A DNA stretch of 64,000 nucleotides, from the NCBI GenBank assembly GCA_051362555.1, contig CM120649.1, forward strand, positions 15,190,001 to 15,254,000, read 5' to 3'. The translations under genes were made by a program, and so were the position numbers. This document shows positions 37,509 through 51,753 of this stretch, piece by piece; position 1 is the stretch's first letter; the number at the start of each line of letters is the position of its first letter. The notes under the pieces were generated by a model that was not told the DNA's origin, made no database searches, and worked only from the letters and a program-made list of their open reading frames with translations. The DNA comes from Lingula anatina (lineage: Eukaryota; Animalia; Brachiopoda).

Positions 37509-39168
37509 CAGGGTTACCACTTAATATGGAATATTTTTTATCATTGTTATTTTTGAGTGCTGATTAAATTTTTTTTGGCTTGAGTCATTAAAAAAGTATG
37601 TCACTGAGTGATAATAACATCCAGTCGTCTGTTGTGAGATATTTTGGTCAATAATATTAAATCTGACATAAGAAGCCATTCAAAAGAAAGGAACACCCCC
37701 AGAAAACCATATCAACAGTTTGATGTCAGTATAAAATTTAAGATAAGATTTTAAAGAAAATGATAGCCTCCGGACAGTGATATGTTACACAGTCAAAGAA
37801 CTCACTACAGTAAATCATGAAAAGTCAGTAATTGCGGGTATGACCTCCAGCAGCCGCTTGCAGCGCCCTCATCCTACATGGCATATCCTGTGACACATTT
37901 TTTAGAGTTTGGGTGGGGATATCATTCCACGCAGTGATATTTGCCTGTCGCAGTTCATCACTATTTACCGGCCGAGGACCATATCTATTAATTCTGTGAG
38001 TTACTTCCGCCCACAGATTTTCAATTGGGTTCATATCTGGAGAGTTTGCAGGCCAGGGCAGTTGCTGAACCCATTGGTTTTGAAGAAAAACAGTGATTAT
38101 GCGGCCTCGATGTGGGGTTGCGCAGTCGTCTTGGTACACAAAGTTGTTCTTGAAGATGAATCTTACCAATCGAAGCATTGTTTGCTGTAGAATGTCTCTG
38201 TAGGAATCCTGGATGAGGTTGCCTCCTAGAAAAACCAACTGGTTCTGGGCACCGACATGAAATACTCCCCAAACAGAGACGTTACCATCCCCTGCTTACA
38301 CCCTAGGCAGTACACACTCATTGTTTTATGCCCCTCGTACACGTCGATGGACACGGATTCGACGATCAACCCTAAAAAATCCATATCTGGCCTTATCACT
38401 GAAAACAACGTGATTCCAGTGTTTTGGCTGCAAACGCACGTGGTCCCCAGCCCTTTGCAGACGTCGCTGTATGTGACCTGCTGTTAACAGTGGTTTCCCT
38501 ACTGGCCTTCGTGCAAAATAACCGGCTTGCAGAAATCTTTTGTTCACGTGGGACCTTGAAACGGGCGTTTGAATGACATTCTGCCTCTCTTTTCTGAGGA
38601 CACTGGTTGTCTTTGTACGACCAGCACGGCGTCCACTAAGGAGAAGGCGATCCTGTCTTCTTGGTGTTATACGCGGACACCCTGGTCGAGTTATTGGAGT
38701 AGGTGCCCCTGTAGCAGCATTTCTTTGGAGGACTTCACAAACGGTTCCTGATAAATGTTGAATTACCTGGCAATGGCTGTCCGTTTCTGGCCATTTTCTC
38801 TGAGAGCAAGAATCCCATAGTAAGCTGCGTTGCTTTGCTGTCGTACCATATCTTCACTAAGGCACCTGTCAAGTTTCAGAGCGATCTCTTTGTTGCTTCT
38901 CTAAACACGCTCCAAAGATTGACCAAACCCATGCCTTTTTATACAATGGCATAAATTGCCGAAAAGACCACCCCTCACATTTCTGACCACAGAACATGCA
39001 ACTGCATGCATCAATTGTTTCGAGAGTTGTGTGGTAATTAGGTAACACATCTGGCTACACATGGAGTGACACCTCAGCTTTGGATTTAAAGTAGTTAGAA
39101 AGAAATTAAATATTTTGTAGAAAATTTATTCGCCAAAAAATAATATTCCATATTAAGTGGTAACCCTG
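37509..39168 (-). mobile_element. Full-length decayed Tc1-family DNA transposon (1.66 kb)
   Basis: 27-bp TIR cagggttaccacttaatatggaatatt at both ends with TA TSD, enclosing a disrupted transposase. Confidence 0.92.
37825..38849 (-). pseudogene. Tc1 (DD34E) transposase pseudogene
   Basis: Motifs ARRPVGKPLLT, WNHVVFSDKAR, VYQDDCATPH, WPANSPDMNPIENLW and GGHTRNY are split over several frames, with an internal stop near the N-terminus. Confidence 0.88.
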
Positions 39169-42100
39169 TATATTGCTTCTACTGGTACATGTATTTAAAA
39201 TAACCTACTAAATGCCACTCACATGGCCCCTATTCTGACCGACTGATCTACATTTTGACACGCTGACCCGGTTTTTTGGAATATGACCTCCATTTTCCAT
39301 TGTGCCTCTTTATATGACTGTAAGTATTAATGAAATGCAACTAGGAGAATTACTTTAAACTGCTCTGCATGGACAAACATAGGTGTTATATCCGCCAAAT
39401 AAGAGTCTCCAAATACCCAATTGTTAAATATATAATCATAAATATATATAAATACAAATGGTCGTGAATCTTTCACAGGTTAAACCCTTCTTAGACCCAC
39501 TAACTTATCATAATGTCACTTGTCATCTGTGTTTATATACACCCAGTTACAAGATAAGATTATACAGGTACAAATGAATTTGGCATGCTGTCACAATGTT
39601 TTATCATTCAGCAACACAATTGTATGAAAAATCCAGCACACTTTATCTTTTTTCTTTCTTCTTCTTTATCTTCATTTATCTTTTTTTACCTGAACCAACT
39701 GTTTAGACAAACTGATGCAGTAAGCGAATAAGAGTTGGTCGGACGCTCCCTTTTTACGTGTTATATGGTCAACTGAGGTTGCACGAAATATTTTGATGCC
39801 CCGGTGCTAAATCAAAATTGTCGACGATTTCACATTTGCTAAGAGAGAAAAGATATTTTCATCCTTGTACCTCCGCCCCTTGACCAAACCCTTGTCTATT
39901 TACTGTATACATAGAAACCACATCAGATTTATTATAGAGGTTGTCAACGGAGTTTACTTGACTTGTCAACAGGTGACCTCTATCAGGGGATGGCTCTTAG
40001 ACAGTACATAAGTGTAATTGGAAAAGAGTCAACACCCTACTGCCTACTTACAAGTTTGCACTGACAATGTACTTACGTGTTATCAGCAAGAGTGCATTTG
40101 TCACTCTCCGCGTGATAGCCTCGTTGTGACGTTGATGCTAAACGAAGCTCACTGCAAAGAAACTAGCTTTGCGGTATCCCAGTCAAAAGTCTTAAGACAC
40201 ACCCGAGTCGTTTGATATCCTAGATTATTGTAATTTATTTTTTCCTTTGGACAGCTTCCATTTAGCACAATTATGAGGAGCCCTTGTCAAGTACTATGAT
40301 TTCTCAAACTTATATTATAACATTTTTAAACAGATTCGCCTTAATATGTATCCTAGCTAAGATAAATTAACAGGATTTGAAGACAAGCCCAGAGGGCAAT
40401 TTCTGTGCCCTCTTTCACTTACTGCGAAATCAGAAATTAACAATCATATTCATCCAGGTAATTTATACCGCCTGTGGTACTCATCTAGAGCTCAGTTCAA
40501 ATAAAAACCTTCTGATGGGCTGGGAGTAAAAAAGAGGGCTAACACTTCTAAATGTTTCTTTTAAAAGCCTCTGGGGGCCAAATATTGCTCCCCTATCCAA
40601 TCACGCAGTCACCGCCCCTCAAGCTAGCAGTGCAAATATAATTCATATGGCAAGACTAGAAGATCTTTAGTGAAGGCAGAATTTAAACATTACCTTTATC
40701 ATTAAATAGGTGGTGCACCAAGATGTTTACCCCCACTTAAAATGAGTACGTGACAATCGTCGTGAGATCAACCTGGGGAGAATTACGTTTAAATATAGAT
40801 TATATAATCAGAAAGCAATCAGTAAATTTTTTATCAAGAAGAGTTTGTGTCGATTTTTTGACTCCACTGACACTGAGTGCATTTTTAGTGTACTTAATAG
40901 CACGCGGAACGAACATCTATGAGGTCTGATGTATACGGTAAGCTATCTGCTGAGCTACCGATCTGTAAAGGTTTGAGCAATATTCATACCCTGTGCGTTC
41001 ACCTGATATATAAAATGTTTTATTTTGCAAACTCATCAACAAAGAGAACAATAAAAATGATCAAGGAGCTGCAAGGTTGAGAAGCTGAGCGTATAATCAT
41101 CGTGTGCGCGGGAATTATTATCGGACCTGAATGCAGGTCTCTTAATCTTAGTATGAACTTATTTTTCCACTGCCAATAATTTTTACTTGTTAACCCCATA
41201 CCTATGTACAGATGCAAGTGCGCTTTAACAGTGCAAGGGGGGGGGGGGGGGGGGGGGGGCGAGGATGCGAAGACGGGGCCATTGGTGTGATTTTTTTTCA
41301 GAAATCGAAAAGCGGGAGGGGGGGCGGAGGGGGAGTGTCTGAAAATTTATCCCGACTTTCATCAAGACTCAGCTTTACTCAGCAACCAAACGGCGGACGT
41401 TTGCAGGGTGTTGCTTTGAAGGGGGTGTAGAGCCGCATTTTGCAACCGGTTGCAAAATACTTTCGGTTGCAAAATGCAGCTCTACAGGGGCTTGTACACA
41501 TGAACAAGGATAGCACATTTTGGCGAGCGAACCAAGGCAAATATGTAATACTAGTCGATGAGGGCAATTTTACTATAGTATATATGACACGAGAATGAAA
41601 AGATTAGTCAGCTGTGTCTCGCTTTGCTTGTTATGCTGTTTTTTTTTTTTTTTTTTTTGTATTTTTTGACGGTGGGTGGGGGTTGTTGAAAGGGGGGGAG
41701 TAGGGGAACAAAGCAGGTGGTAGACGCCTTTTCACTCTTCAGTTCATACGTCGATTTTATTCATGTTAAAAAGGATGGTAACGAGGGTTAAGATCTTTGA
41801 TTTGGCAAATATCCTGAAATCAGTACGTCACGTAGTGCACCTTGTAACCTGTCATCTCCATCACGCCTGGATATCGCTATCTTCTCTAATCCCTGTACGG
41901 TCCCAAGGTCAGGGTCAGCACGCGGGTCCAAGGTCAGGATCATGGATTACATGTAGGTGCAGAGATAATTCAGATAATTCCAGTATAATGCTTGCGTGAT
42001 TCAATTTAACAACATTCTGTAAAGAGTGATTTTCAGATTTGAGTGAGTGATTTTTAGACAATGTTGCCGTGATTACTCAAAGCGGACTCACCGTCAGCAT

Positions 42101-44793
42101 ATATCAGTAGTACGTGTGTCTAGTTACTGCAGAGCCATGCTTTTATTGAAATTTATACATTCTAGCAATCTCTGAAACTCATGATTTGTGCGAATGATGT
42201 GATATTTAATCTTTCTCTGTACTGAATTTTTTTCCGATGATCTCTGCGAATACATAAATGCTCAAAACCATCTGATTTTATGTAAGAAGCTGATTAGCAT
42301 GCTTAGTTCTTGATACACCAGTGGTTTTTATTTTCCATAATCTCCACCATTGTCATGCCAGTAATTATAGTGTTTCTGTCGACGATTTAGGTTGTCTCCA
42401 TACATGATGATATACACGTGCCTACGTATACATGTACATCCCTTTGTTCTTTTTTTTTTTTTAATTATCAAGATTCTATTGTCGCATTGGTGATAATTCA
42501 AATTGTGCCTGATATAAATATAACATGATTCACGAATTCATTGACATTCATGATTCATTGAAATTATGACAAACGTAATTTATTCACACACATGCATTTT
42601 CATTTTCTTTTTTTGAGTAGTAATCTTAGGAGTCTATGGCCACTGCAATAGCGAATATAGGGGGGGTCAGAGGGTTCTGCTCCCCCCCCCCCCCACCCCC
42701 CGCTCTTCGAAAAAAAATCACAAGCCGAGTCATGATGACATTCGGGATTAATTTTCAGACACCCACCTCTGAAATCAGGGCGTTTGTTGGATGACTAAAT
42801 AGAAACGATAACAAAACAATACAGTATAGCACGCTGGCCCACGCACAACATATCTTACAGTGTATATGACAGTTACTTGCATATGGAAATAAATGTTTTC
42901 TCTCATGCATTTCACTGAATTGGCTATTTTTATTTTTTTAAATATATTTTCAAAATCATTATGGAATTTGACGAGGTGTATTTTTTAGATGATAGCTTTT
43001 AGAATATTTGTATTTTACACAATGCCGACACGAGTACATCTGTGAATCAAGCACCCGTTTCATTTTTTGTTCAATGCTTAAAATTATTATTCCAGCGTGT
43101 CATAGAGGATATTATGGCGAGCTAGATGACATGCATCCAGCAACCGTCAATTGATGTAAACGTATTCAGGGGTGGGGGCAGGTGAGGGCGAACGAACGGT
43201 CATCTTTGGTAAAAGGTCCACGAAAGTGCACGCTTACACGTCGCCTTTTGCCCCATTCAACTTCGCAAGTGACACAACAATGCCATGCTTTCTTACACTG
43301 CTGACACATGTACTAGCATTTCTGCCATGGCATTAACATTTCACAACCCGTCACTGCATGAATGCACAGGTCGTGATCGCCATGGAGTTAGCAGTTGGTG
43401 CTTTGTTTTATCAACTCGCATGGAAAACTTGCGGGGAAAACTGTACCCGTTTTATAGCCGTGTTTTATACACTTAGAACTACTTACGCAAGGTGACCCCA
43501 AGATACGACACGGCGCTATCCAGAGCGTGTTCTACAGTGTTTAAAATTCAATGGAGAGAAAAAGGCAGACAATTATAAAATAGGGTATTTGTATGATCTA
43601 CATGTATATGTCAAAAAAACTTCAAGGCCCAACTCAAATGTTAGTGTTATTTGACTAGGAGCTTTTTCATAAAAGATTAAATGGCCAGTGTTTTATTCCT
43701 TACTTTATTTAAGCAGATAATAACAGATCTGTCTTGTATAAAATTAAACTCGTAAAAAAGCGGTGTTTAAGTTTAAAAAATAACTTGACTAAGTAATAAA
43801 GGGACTTGAAATTTTTTTTAAAGTATGCAAAACCTCAAAACCATTCCGACTAGTGACTTAGGCCCAGTAAGCCTCTTCAGTGTAATACGGCCCCCTATAT
43901 CAGGAAATTTTTCACGAAAAGGCGTCCCAGGGGTGGTCAATTAAAATTATATTTGAATAAGTTCATAATTTACAGTCGGAAGCTCATATGGAGAACTTGT
44001 GAGAGCGTAATTCCACTTAAAGACGTCTCAAAGTGACATCGGTTCAGATCGAATCGCTGAAATATACCGTTTTATGTGAAAAGGATGTACCTGTACTATA
44101 TGATTGACAGACTGTGATTTAACTTTATGCAATTTACACATACGCTCAGTTATGTCCTATTCCCTACATCAAACATGTATTCAGATAACTGTCTCCGATG
44201 TGTCCGATCAAAACTGACCAGTGTGACTTTATTACATCGTATGACAGACAAGGTCATCTTCCTATCACGTGATAACGTTACGAAACCACCTCTAAATGAT
44301 TGGCAAGTGATCGATCTAAATATACCGGTGATTTATTTGGTCCCGATTATTATGCCATTGGACACTAATCGCGTAGCGTGTCCATCTTCTTATCACATGA
44401 TCACGTAACGAAATCATCACCAATTGATTGACTCATCTTCTTAGTTCAACGTGTACAAGTCACGTAACTAGACCGCTTTCTAATCACTTATTTACACGAC
44501 GGAGCCATTGGGGTATTGGGTGATCGGTCCTCCATTTAAGAGGTACAAGCAAACCAGTTTTCGATCACGTATGCGCATAGCAATATCATCAATGACAAAA
44601 ACGTCGATGTGACTTTCAGCAGGTCCCGGATATCAAAACTCAGCCGTGCGCTGTTTGATCCTTTGATATTTCATTTGTTTGGAGCACACAGAGAGAAATA
44701 TATACCTAGTGCTCCGTGTCTACTATAATGTTTTATTTCCCGTTGATTCATTGAAGTCAAGCTTGAATCAGTTAAATGACATTATGCTGCTGA

Positions 44794-44794
<1 letters not shown>

Positions 44795-44858
<64 letters not shown>
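44795..44858. repeat. Compound (TG)n(AG)n microsatellite
   Basis: TG run directly followed by AG run. Confidence 0.95.
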
Positions 44859-44866
<8 letters not shown>

Positions 44867-46057
44867 AACTCGACAGGACCTTGACTTAATTTCAAGTCAT
44901 GCACATCCAAACAAAACCATTCAGTGGCCTTGAAATGATCTTTTGGTGTGTCTATGGTTTGGATTATGTAGTTTTACCCCCATAACATTCTGTTTCATAA
45001 AATAAGTAAACCATCGTTTAGACTTAAAACAACCATGCACCCTGGCTCCAGGTACGCGTGGGGGCCGAACCTCACCCGCCCATAAGTTAACGTAAGAGAC
45101 AATTAACCCATCACAACATTTACAGTTTCATTGGATGAGTTGATTATTATAATTGTATTATTTATGTGAATGACATTGTGTGTTCCCTTCGTTCTAAATC
45201 ACCAGTGGTTCCACTCAGTCACTATTTGGTTAACTTCTTATATAGGTGTAAACATGACCCAACTATTCGCTTGCAAAGTTCACTGCGACCTGGTTTTGAT
45301 CGACCCACACTTTTTTCCTTACGTAAAGCTATTAACAATGGCCCAGTACAATTGACGTGTTTTTCTCTATTATACCCGGTCTTAGTCGATTTCACAAGCC
45401 GGCTATCAAAATTCAGTCAAGTCACCTAGCTCTGAGACCTCTGCTTATTCCCGATAAACATGTTTTGATCAGGCAAAAAAAAAAAATATATAATTATTTG
45501 GAGACGACAGGGACGAGAGAGAGTGCAGTAGAACTATTGCTAGTACTTTGAAACTCAGGGGGTAAGAGAGCGCTATCTGGGGTGGAGGTGGGGGGGGGGA
45601 CAGTCGCGCTCAGTGCTCACTTTTTTCTGGTGGAGGTTTTAATTTTGATGTTTTCACTAGATTTAGTGTACATTGGGTTTATGAGAATCTTTGTCAACCA
45701 GAGAATTTTTTTCTGCTTTTTCCTTATCTAATTTATATAAAAAGAAACAAGTAAAGTACAGAACCAGAGTGATAAAAATAGACAAAACCTGAAGAAATAG
45801 ACATAGATGGCAAACACAAAACGATATAAAAGCAATCATTTTCCAACATCAGAACTCACTTAAAGATAAAGGGTTAAACGTTATTTTGCACTTAACTCCC
45901 CAAATTTAAAAGGAAAGGCTTGGAGAAAAACAATGTGACAAATTAAACAAGGAAGAGGAAATAGCAATATGATGAAGATATATGCGTGATGTTGTCGACC
46001 GCAAATCACCATTATTTTGATGTCAGAACAGAAGAACTCAGATGACACGCTGACGGC

Positions 46058-46207
46058 CTGTTTCCAGAGAAGACGGGGCGATATACCTTAGTGCAGCGCC
46101 ATACGACTGTTTCCAGTGAAGATAGGACGATATATCTTAGTACAGCGCAATACAACTGTTTCCAGTAAAGATAGGGCGATATATCTTAGTGCAGCGCCAT
46201 ACGACTG
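46058..46207. repeat. Minisatellite, 3 x 49 bp
   Basis: Unit ctgtttccag(a/t)(g/a)aaga...gatat(a)cttagtgcagcgccatacga, three imperfect adjacent copies with no spacers. Confidence 0.85.
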
Positions 46208-46385
46208 CCATATATCCATCACAGAAACCACGTCAACTTTGCATGCTTGATTCTTCCACTGTACAACACGTAACTATTTTAAGGGGGCGGGGCGTAACTT
46301 GAAATTCTTACTCGTATCTTGATTATATGGTTTTATATATAGTCCAGTGCTATTGTAGTAATGTTTGTTGACATCTATTTATATG

Positions 46386-46515
46386 TACATTGTTTTCAGC
46401 ACATACTGGTGCATAAATTACTATATATGATACATTGTTTTCAGCACATACTGGTGCATAAATTACTATATATGATACATTGTTTTCAGCACATACTGGT
46501 GCATAAATTACTATA
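46386..46515. repeat. Minisatellite, ~3 x 45 bp
   Basis: Unit tacattgttttcagcacatactggtgcataaattactatatatga, near-perfect copies. Confidence 0.9.
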
Positions 46516-49500
46516 AATGAATATCTAATCATCTATGTGTAAACAGCTAATTTTATCAGAGGGCCTTAAGTGCAACTCTTCTGCAGTGAAAAAACGTGCC
46601 AGTTGTTTACACTTGTTTATAAGTTTCACGTCTATTCGTTCACAATACAACGTATAACAGATTGATTAATTTTGCCCACACATAGGCCTAAACAACATAA
46701 TGGAAACAGAATGAAAAGTAGGGCAATTCATTCAGAACACAACATTTCATTGATTACTGTGTGTGTGAAAGACGTAATATTGACGATTCGATTACGACAA
46801 TAACAGCCAGAACAACAACGTTGAGTTAGACATAATTACGAAGACCCGTGCAGCCTGTCGTACAGAAGGCCTGTGGACCAAAACTTTGTTTAGTCTTAGC
46901 TTTTAGACCAAAATTATAGCCTACTAACTTCGACCTGTGATAATCTTTAGTAATCCAATAACATTAAATATTGTGCCCATTCTATGACAAGAAAGACCAC
47001 CAATATTTAAAACCAACGCTTAATTTATTTAAGTGCACTACCTGTGTTTTGGATTTATCTTAAACCAAGTAGAACAATTCTTTGTATTGTAAAATTTGGG
47101 GCTAAAGTTATTATTTAAAAAACAGGTTCCGTAGGTGTGAGCCGTATCAAAATGCAAAACATCTTCACAATGCCTAATACTCGGATAATCCAATTATTGC
47201 TAATAATAACACCTTGCTCAGGTGTGAGTGCAATAGCAGACTGAAGAGAAAAGCTTGAAAACACCATTCACAGGTGTAAACAGCTTATTGAGCATAGTTG
47301 TCATAACATAGTTATGTGCGGATCTAGTAAAACAAGTGTTCTCGTAGAAATTAAAATGTTACAACTGCTACGTACAGGTTCTACCGCATGTTTTTGTCTC
47401 ACATTTGTCGATCGCTACTGCCGAAAAGGATTTTGTACATGACAAAGGGACTTGCAGTGACAAACTCCACTTTCTGTTTGGCCTCCAAACAACAATCGAT
47501 AATATCCAGGGCTTCTATATTCATTACTACAAAAACACCTACGTGCTCTGTACTACGACCATGACCCCGACTTGAACTTTGTTTGCTTATGTAACGCCAG
47601 GTTGTTGTTGTTATGCTAAATTGTAAGAAATCGTGTCGGCAAAGCGTAACCCATTGTGCTGTTTATTTTTAGATCCGCACAACAATATTTCGCACACCTG
47701 TTTGGCTGCAAAGAATGTCGAATACAACCCTCATTGCAACATTCAAGTAAGTCAGTTTATCAAACTGAATGCAACCAGAAAAACCAAGTACCTGGAGTTG
47801 GATTGTGTGAAATAATGATCAAACACGTGACAGTGGTTATGTTTCGACATGTTGTAAAAAGTAACCACCAACATAACTATAGCATCTCCGGGCAATGCTG
47901 GACAAGCCCGTATTTCCAGAAACAGACAATATTAATTGCCTTCATTGGAAATATGGCATGTATCAAAACATGCCACATTTAGAGCGAGTACCAATTCCAC
48001 CGGGTTCGATCGCAATGGTACACAAATGCACTGAAATGCCACATTTCCGAATATTACATTTCCTAAAATGAGAGCATTAACAGGTTCATTAAAACTGGCT
48101 GGGGACTATCGAACGCCTGTCAATATTGTCTGATAGTGCCAGTGCCAAAACACCTGTGGTCATTACAGATATACGTACATGCATTACAAATGTGTTCTCA
48201 TAATTGCAGGGCATATTATACGTTCTGCTACAGCATTCATATCAATCAGGGCTCGTGTTGCATGTTGTCTAGGTAACAGATCCGATAGATTTCAGAGTGG
48301 GAAAATGTTATGTTCGTGATTGAGATTCACACCTGGAAAAAAAGACAACGGATTGCCGAACGCTTGTGAGAAGAGAAAATGCGCAAGACTGGCACCAGTA
48401 TCTGCAAGACCTCTCCTTAACAATATCTTGTAGATCCGACTAACCAGGATGTAGATTTCGGTAATGATACATGGACTTGAGCCCTGAGTTTCAGATCGAG
48501 ATTCCTTTATGAGATCTCTATCAGTGGAAAAGCAAGGGGGTACTGATGAAAATGAAATAGATTAAGTTACATTTGCGACAGAAACAGTGAGATTTTATCT
48601 CAGCTTGGACATATTAACTAATTTGTCCATGATCTCAGTATTCTCTGTCACAAAATGCATGTCTGTCTGCTGAGCCAAGCGTTGATAAGGAAATCCATCC
48701 AGAAGTGAAAAGCCCGTGTTGATACTAGTTATTGGTTCTTAGAAATATATGAAAACCAGGGGGATGGTGTATGAACATTTTATGCAGCGAGCAGTAATAT
48801 AGGAAATCCATCTTAAAACAGCATTTAAAGCAGATGAGCGTCTCTGCTGGGAGAAGAGAGGAGTTAACATGCAGAGAACATAAGCCAGCTGGTCTAATCC
48901 TATACCACAAATAAAAATACTTCCATTTCCAGGAATGTGTACCCTGAGTGTCATCGCCAACGTGAGTTAGCTTCTTATCTTCTCAAAATATTTGATGCCC
49001 TCTTGATAAGCGTGCACGTGTGGAGAACTGGGTTTAAGATGAAGGTGGCACGCATCGGGCAAGCACCTCAGGGTAGTATACCTAAACGTGTTAAACGAAA
49101 GCGAAAGTGCCGTAAAACACGAGATTCGTCCTCACTTTAATTATCAGGCAGCATGATGTCCACACACGACACTCGCCTCATATTTGCACCCGGATAACAC
49201 GATGAATAATTCTTCATAACAAACCATAAATCAAACTGAATGTCAAACCTAACCTTGTTCCAGCTTATAAATTCTTATAATATCCAAGTCCCAGATACTT
49301 TACACGGGAAACGCCCCTTCAAGGACCCCTAAGCTAAAGGTGAAAGTAGATCTGATAAACCATGTCATGTCTTTCTATTTCTTTTCCTTTTTTCATCTTT
49401 AACAGTAAGTTTGCCTGCACTGAAGTTGCCGTCGGAGACTTAAAGGTTACATGCACTAGGTAGATCAGACTGTGCAAAATTCGGGCTGCATTAATAAAAC

Positions 49501-50795
49501 GTACCACCGCCCTAGGATTAAAACCTGACTCATAACTCCAGTCAAAACCCGTCTTAGTTATAACAGGTTATAGGCCTCAAATGCCATGCATAAAAATCGA
49601 CGTTGCTAGGAAACGTTCAGATTAAAGAGCGACTTATTGCTGTAATGTAGGAACCCAGTCAAAACCAGACACTTAGAAGATGCGCTTTAGGTCATTAATT
49701 TTAGTAGGAGGAAGTACAATTCAGCAAAAAGTAACTTATTCTTGGTGGGGAGTTGCAACGCGAGATATAGCTTAACCTGTGCAATAAACCGGGTCAAGCA
49801 TAACGCAAGCTCTCTGTGGTACTCTTATGAAAGAAAACCTAGGTCACATTCAACGCCCATTTTCTTTTTTTTTACATTCGCGCGGTTACGTATAGTGCCC
49901 CTGCAAAGGTCAGGTGAAAATTCTGTGCCATCGAATACTTTGGCATCGATTGGAATAGTAATAAACACTCAAATTTCAGTCTGTAATTTTAATATGTAAA
50001 CAAAATGGAACAATTATGTGAGATACAAGTATCAAAATCATGACAACAATTCGATGATATTTACATTGTAAATTACGTATACATGAATCATCCTTTTCCA
50101 TTTATATAATATATGGTCGTAATGTACAGTCACACTCATTGCAGATATGGTATATCAATGTCTATGTCTCACGTTAACATAATAAGCTGCCTTTGGGAAA
50201 TGTTTTTTCAGACCCTGTAGCGTTTGATCGAAGATTGTTTTGTGCGTCTGCAGTTCTCCTGGGTTTGACTGCAAAAGTCCGTGCTTCAATTCTCTGCAAC
50301 TGCTATCAAATTGCACTTTTCCCTCGATTCAATAATGTTCGTCTTATCACATACACGTTTGTAATTTCGGATGAAAAGTGTCACTATCATTCTATCAAAC
50401 AAATACGATGTACTTTTTAACAATATGTTGACAACGAGTTACTCAAGCATGCCTGAGAAAGACTGTCATTTTTCAAGTCTCTGTAGGTCGCCATAAAATG
50501 TCTACATCGAAACAGAACCGACTAATATAGTCCTTTCTCAAGTTCTATATCATCCAAATGGACAATTCACTTCCCAAATCTACAAATATCTCCAAGTCAT
50601 GGTGAACAAAAGTTTGTGATTCAAAACAGCGCTATCGTTATAATCGCATTAAATGATATGTAGTAGGCTACCTACTTCTAATTTGTCTAAATCATGATGG
50701 GGCCACGCCCCCTTTATGTATTGTTTGAGCGAGTGAATGAAATCGAGAAAGCACGAGATAGTCATCTAATTTACAATGCCTGCGGTCAGAGATGT

Positions 50796-51311
50796 CTATA
50801 ATGCGAATGATGAAATCCCCGATGTATGAAGGGAGGCGTTGCCTGTGGCTGGCAATACTGCGTCCTGGTATCTTGTTGTTAGATAGTTCGCAGCGTCGGT
50901 GAGCTGATGCAAGACGTTGAACAGTCCACTGAGATGATGTCGGAACATTTTGGCAGTCTGTTTCGACTGTTCGTCCATATTTTCTGTCTCATCGTCCGCG
51001 TCCGTGTCTAGAGACCCCGGTCCACGTACGAGCTCGTTTTTGACCGCGTTTAGCATGCGGTAGCAGCTCAATAAGTCTGTATTGTTCATTTCCATCCCCA
51101 CCGGTATCACGGCCTTTTCCTGCGAGTTGTTTGTGTCGGGGATAATCTCAATATCCATGTCTCGAAGGCGACTGGGAATCATAACAGTGCTGTCCATGCT
51201 ATCGACGGCTTGCACAAATTTATTCATACAGGCCGAGAGAGATTGTTTCGCTGGCCGTTCAAGGTTGTTCACGTTGTTATAATTCCATCTCGGGTTTGAA
51301 TTCTCCTCCAT
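50796..51311 (-). CDS. MID1IP1: Spot14 / MID1-interacting protein 1 family member (intronless CDS, 171 aa)
   Basis: Family motifs QSLSACMNKFVQAVDSMDSTVMIPSRLRDM, DLLSCYRMLNAVKNEL and FRHHLSGLFNVLHQLTDAANYLTTRYQ. ATG at 51311 is in a good Kozak context (caccATGG); the longer listed ORF starts at TTG. Confidence 0.9.
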   Translation of the reverse strand: MEENSNPRWNYNNVNNLERPAKQSLSACMNKFVQAVDSMDSTVMIPSRLRDMDIEIIPDTNNSQEKAVIPVGMEMNNTDLLSCYRMLNAVKNELVRGPGSLDTDADDETENMDEQSKQTAKMFRHHLSGLFNVLHQLTDAANYLTTRYQDAVLPATGNASLHTSGISSFAL

Positions 51312-51732
51312 GGTGAATTTCTGTTTAGGGTACGTCTCGCTCCTCAAACGGCTGCCTAAAAATGTGGGTTGTTGTCTAGAATTCTGGTCGATATTTCTCT
51401 GACACCGAATTACTCCTGAATCGATCACAGCACTGATGTGATGGTACTGTTTGTGTATATTTGTTTCCTGATCCAAGGTCAGTCGATTTTAACTCTGAGG
51501 GGTAGAAGGTTGGAATAGCCGGTACCAACATTGTTAAATACTTCCAAATTTTAAACAATATTTTGGCTTCAATTTAATTTTGATGATACTCAGTATTTAT
51601 CTTTTAATAACTTTGCTACTAAATATAAAGTTTTTAGCTGATTATTCTGTTTAAGAGAAAAGAAAACGAGACTGCCCTACAACCTTTCTCCCCGTACGTT
51701 GAACGCAAATCACGTTATCTTAGCCTCGTTTT

Positions 51733-51753
51733 GATTGGTCTGCATGGCGTGAT
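51733..51753 (-). promoter_or_regulatory. Putative SRE-like element (ATCACGCCAT) adjacent to a CCAAT box, upstream of MID1IP1
   Basis: Minus strand reads ATCACGCCATgcagaCCAATC, ~420 bp upstream of the ATG. Confidence 0.45.

Noticed and set aside
46058-46515. Short direct repeats resembling a CRISPR array
   Set aside because: Units are contiguous with no unique spacers, there are no cas genes, and the context is eukaryotic; these are minisatellites.
48940-49075. taccctgagtgtc...cctcagggta mini inverted repeat, similar to the ends of the 8820-9587 element
   Set aside because: No target-site duplication is visible; too weak to call as an element.
39200-50700. Many 60-108 aa ORFs in the long intergenic stretch
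   Set aside because: No domain motifs, coding-like composition or consistent exon chain; consistent with chance ORFs.
51312-51476. 55-aa N-terminal extension of the MID1IP1 ORF
   Set aside because: It starts at TTG and has no family similarity; the ATG at 51311 has a strong Kozak context.
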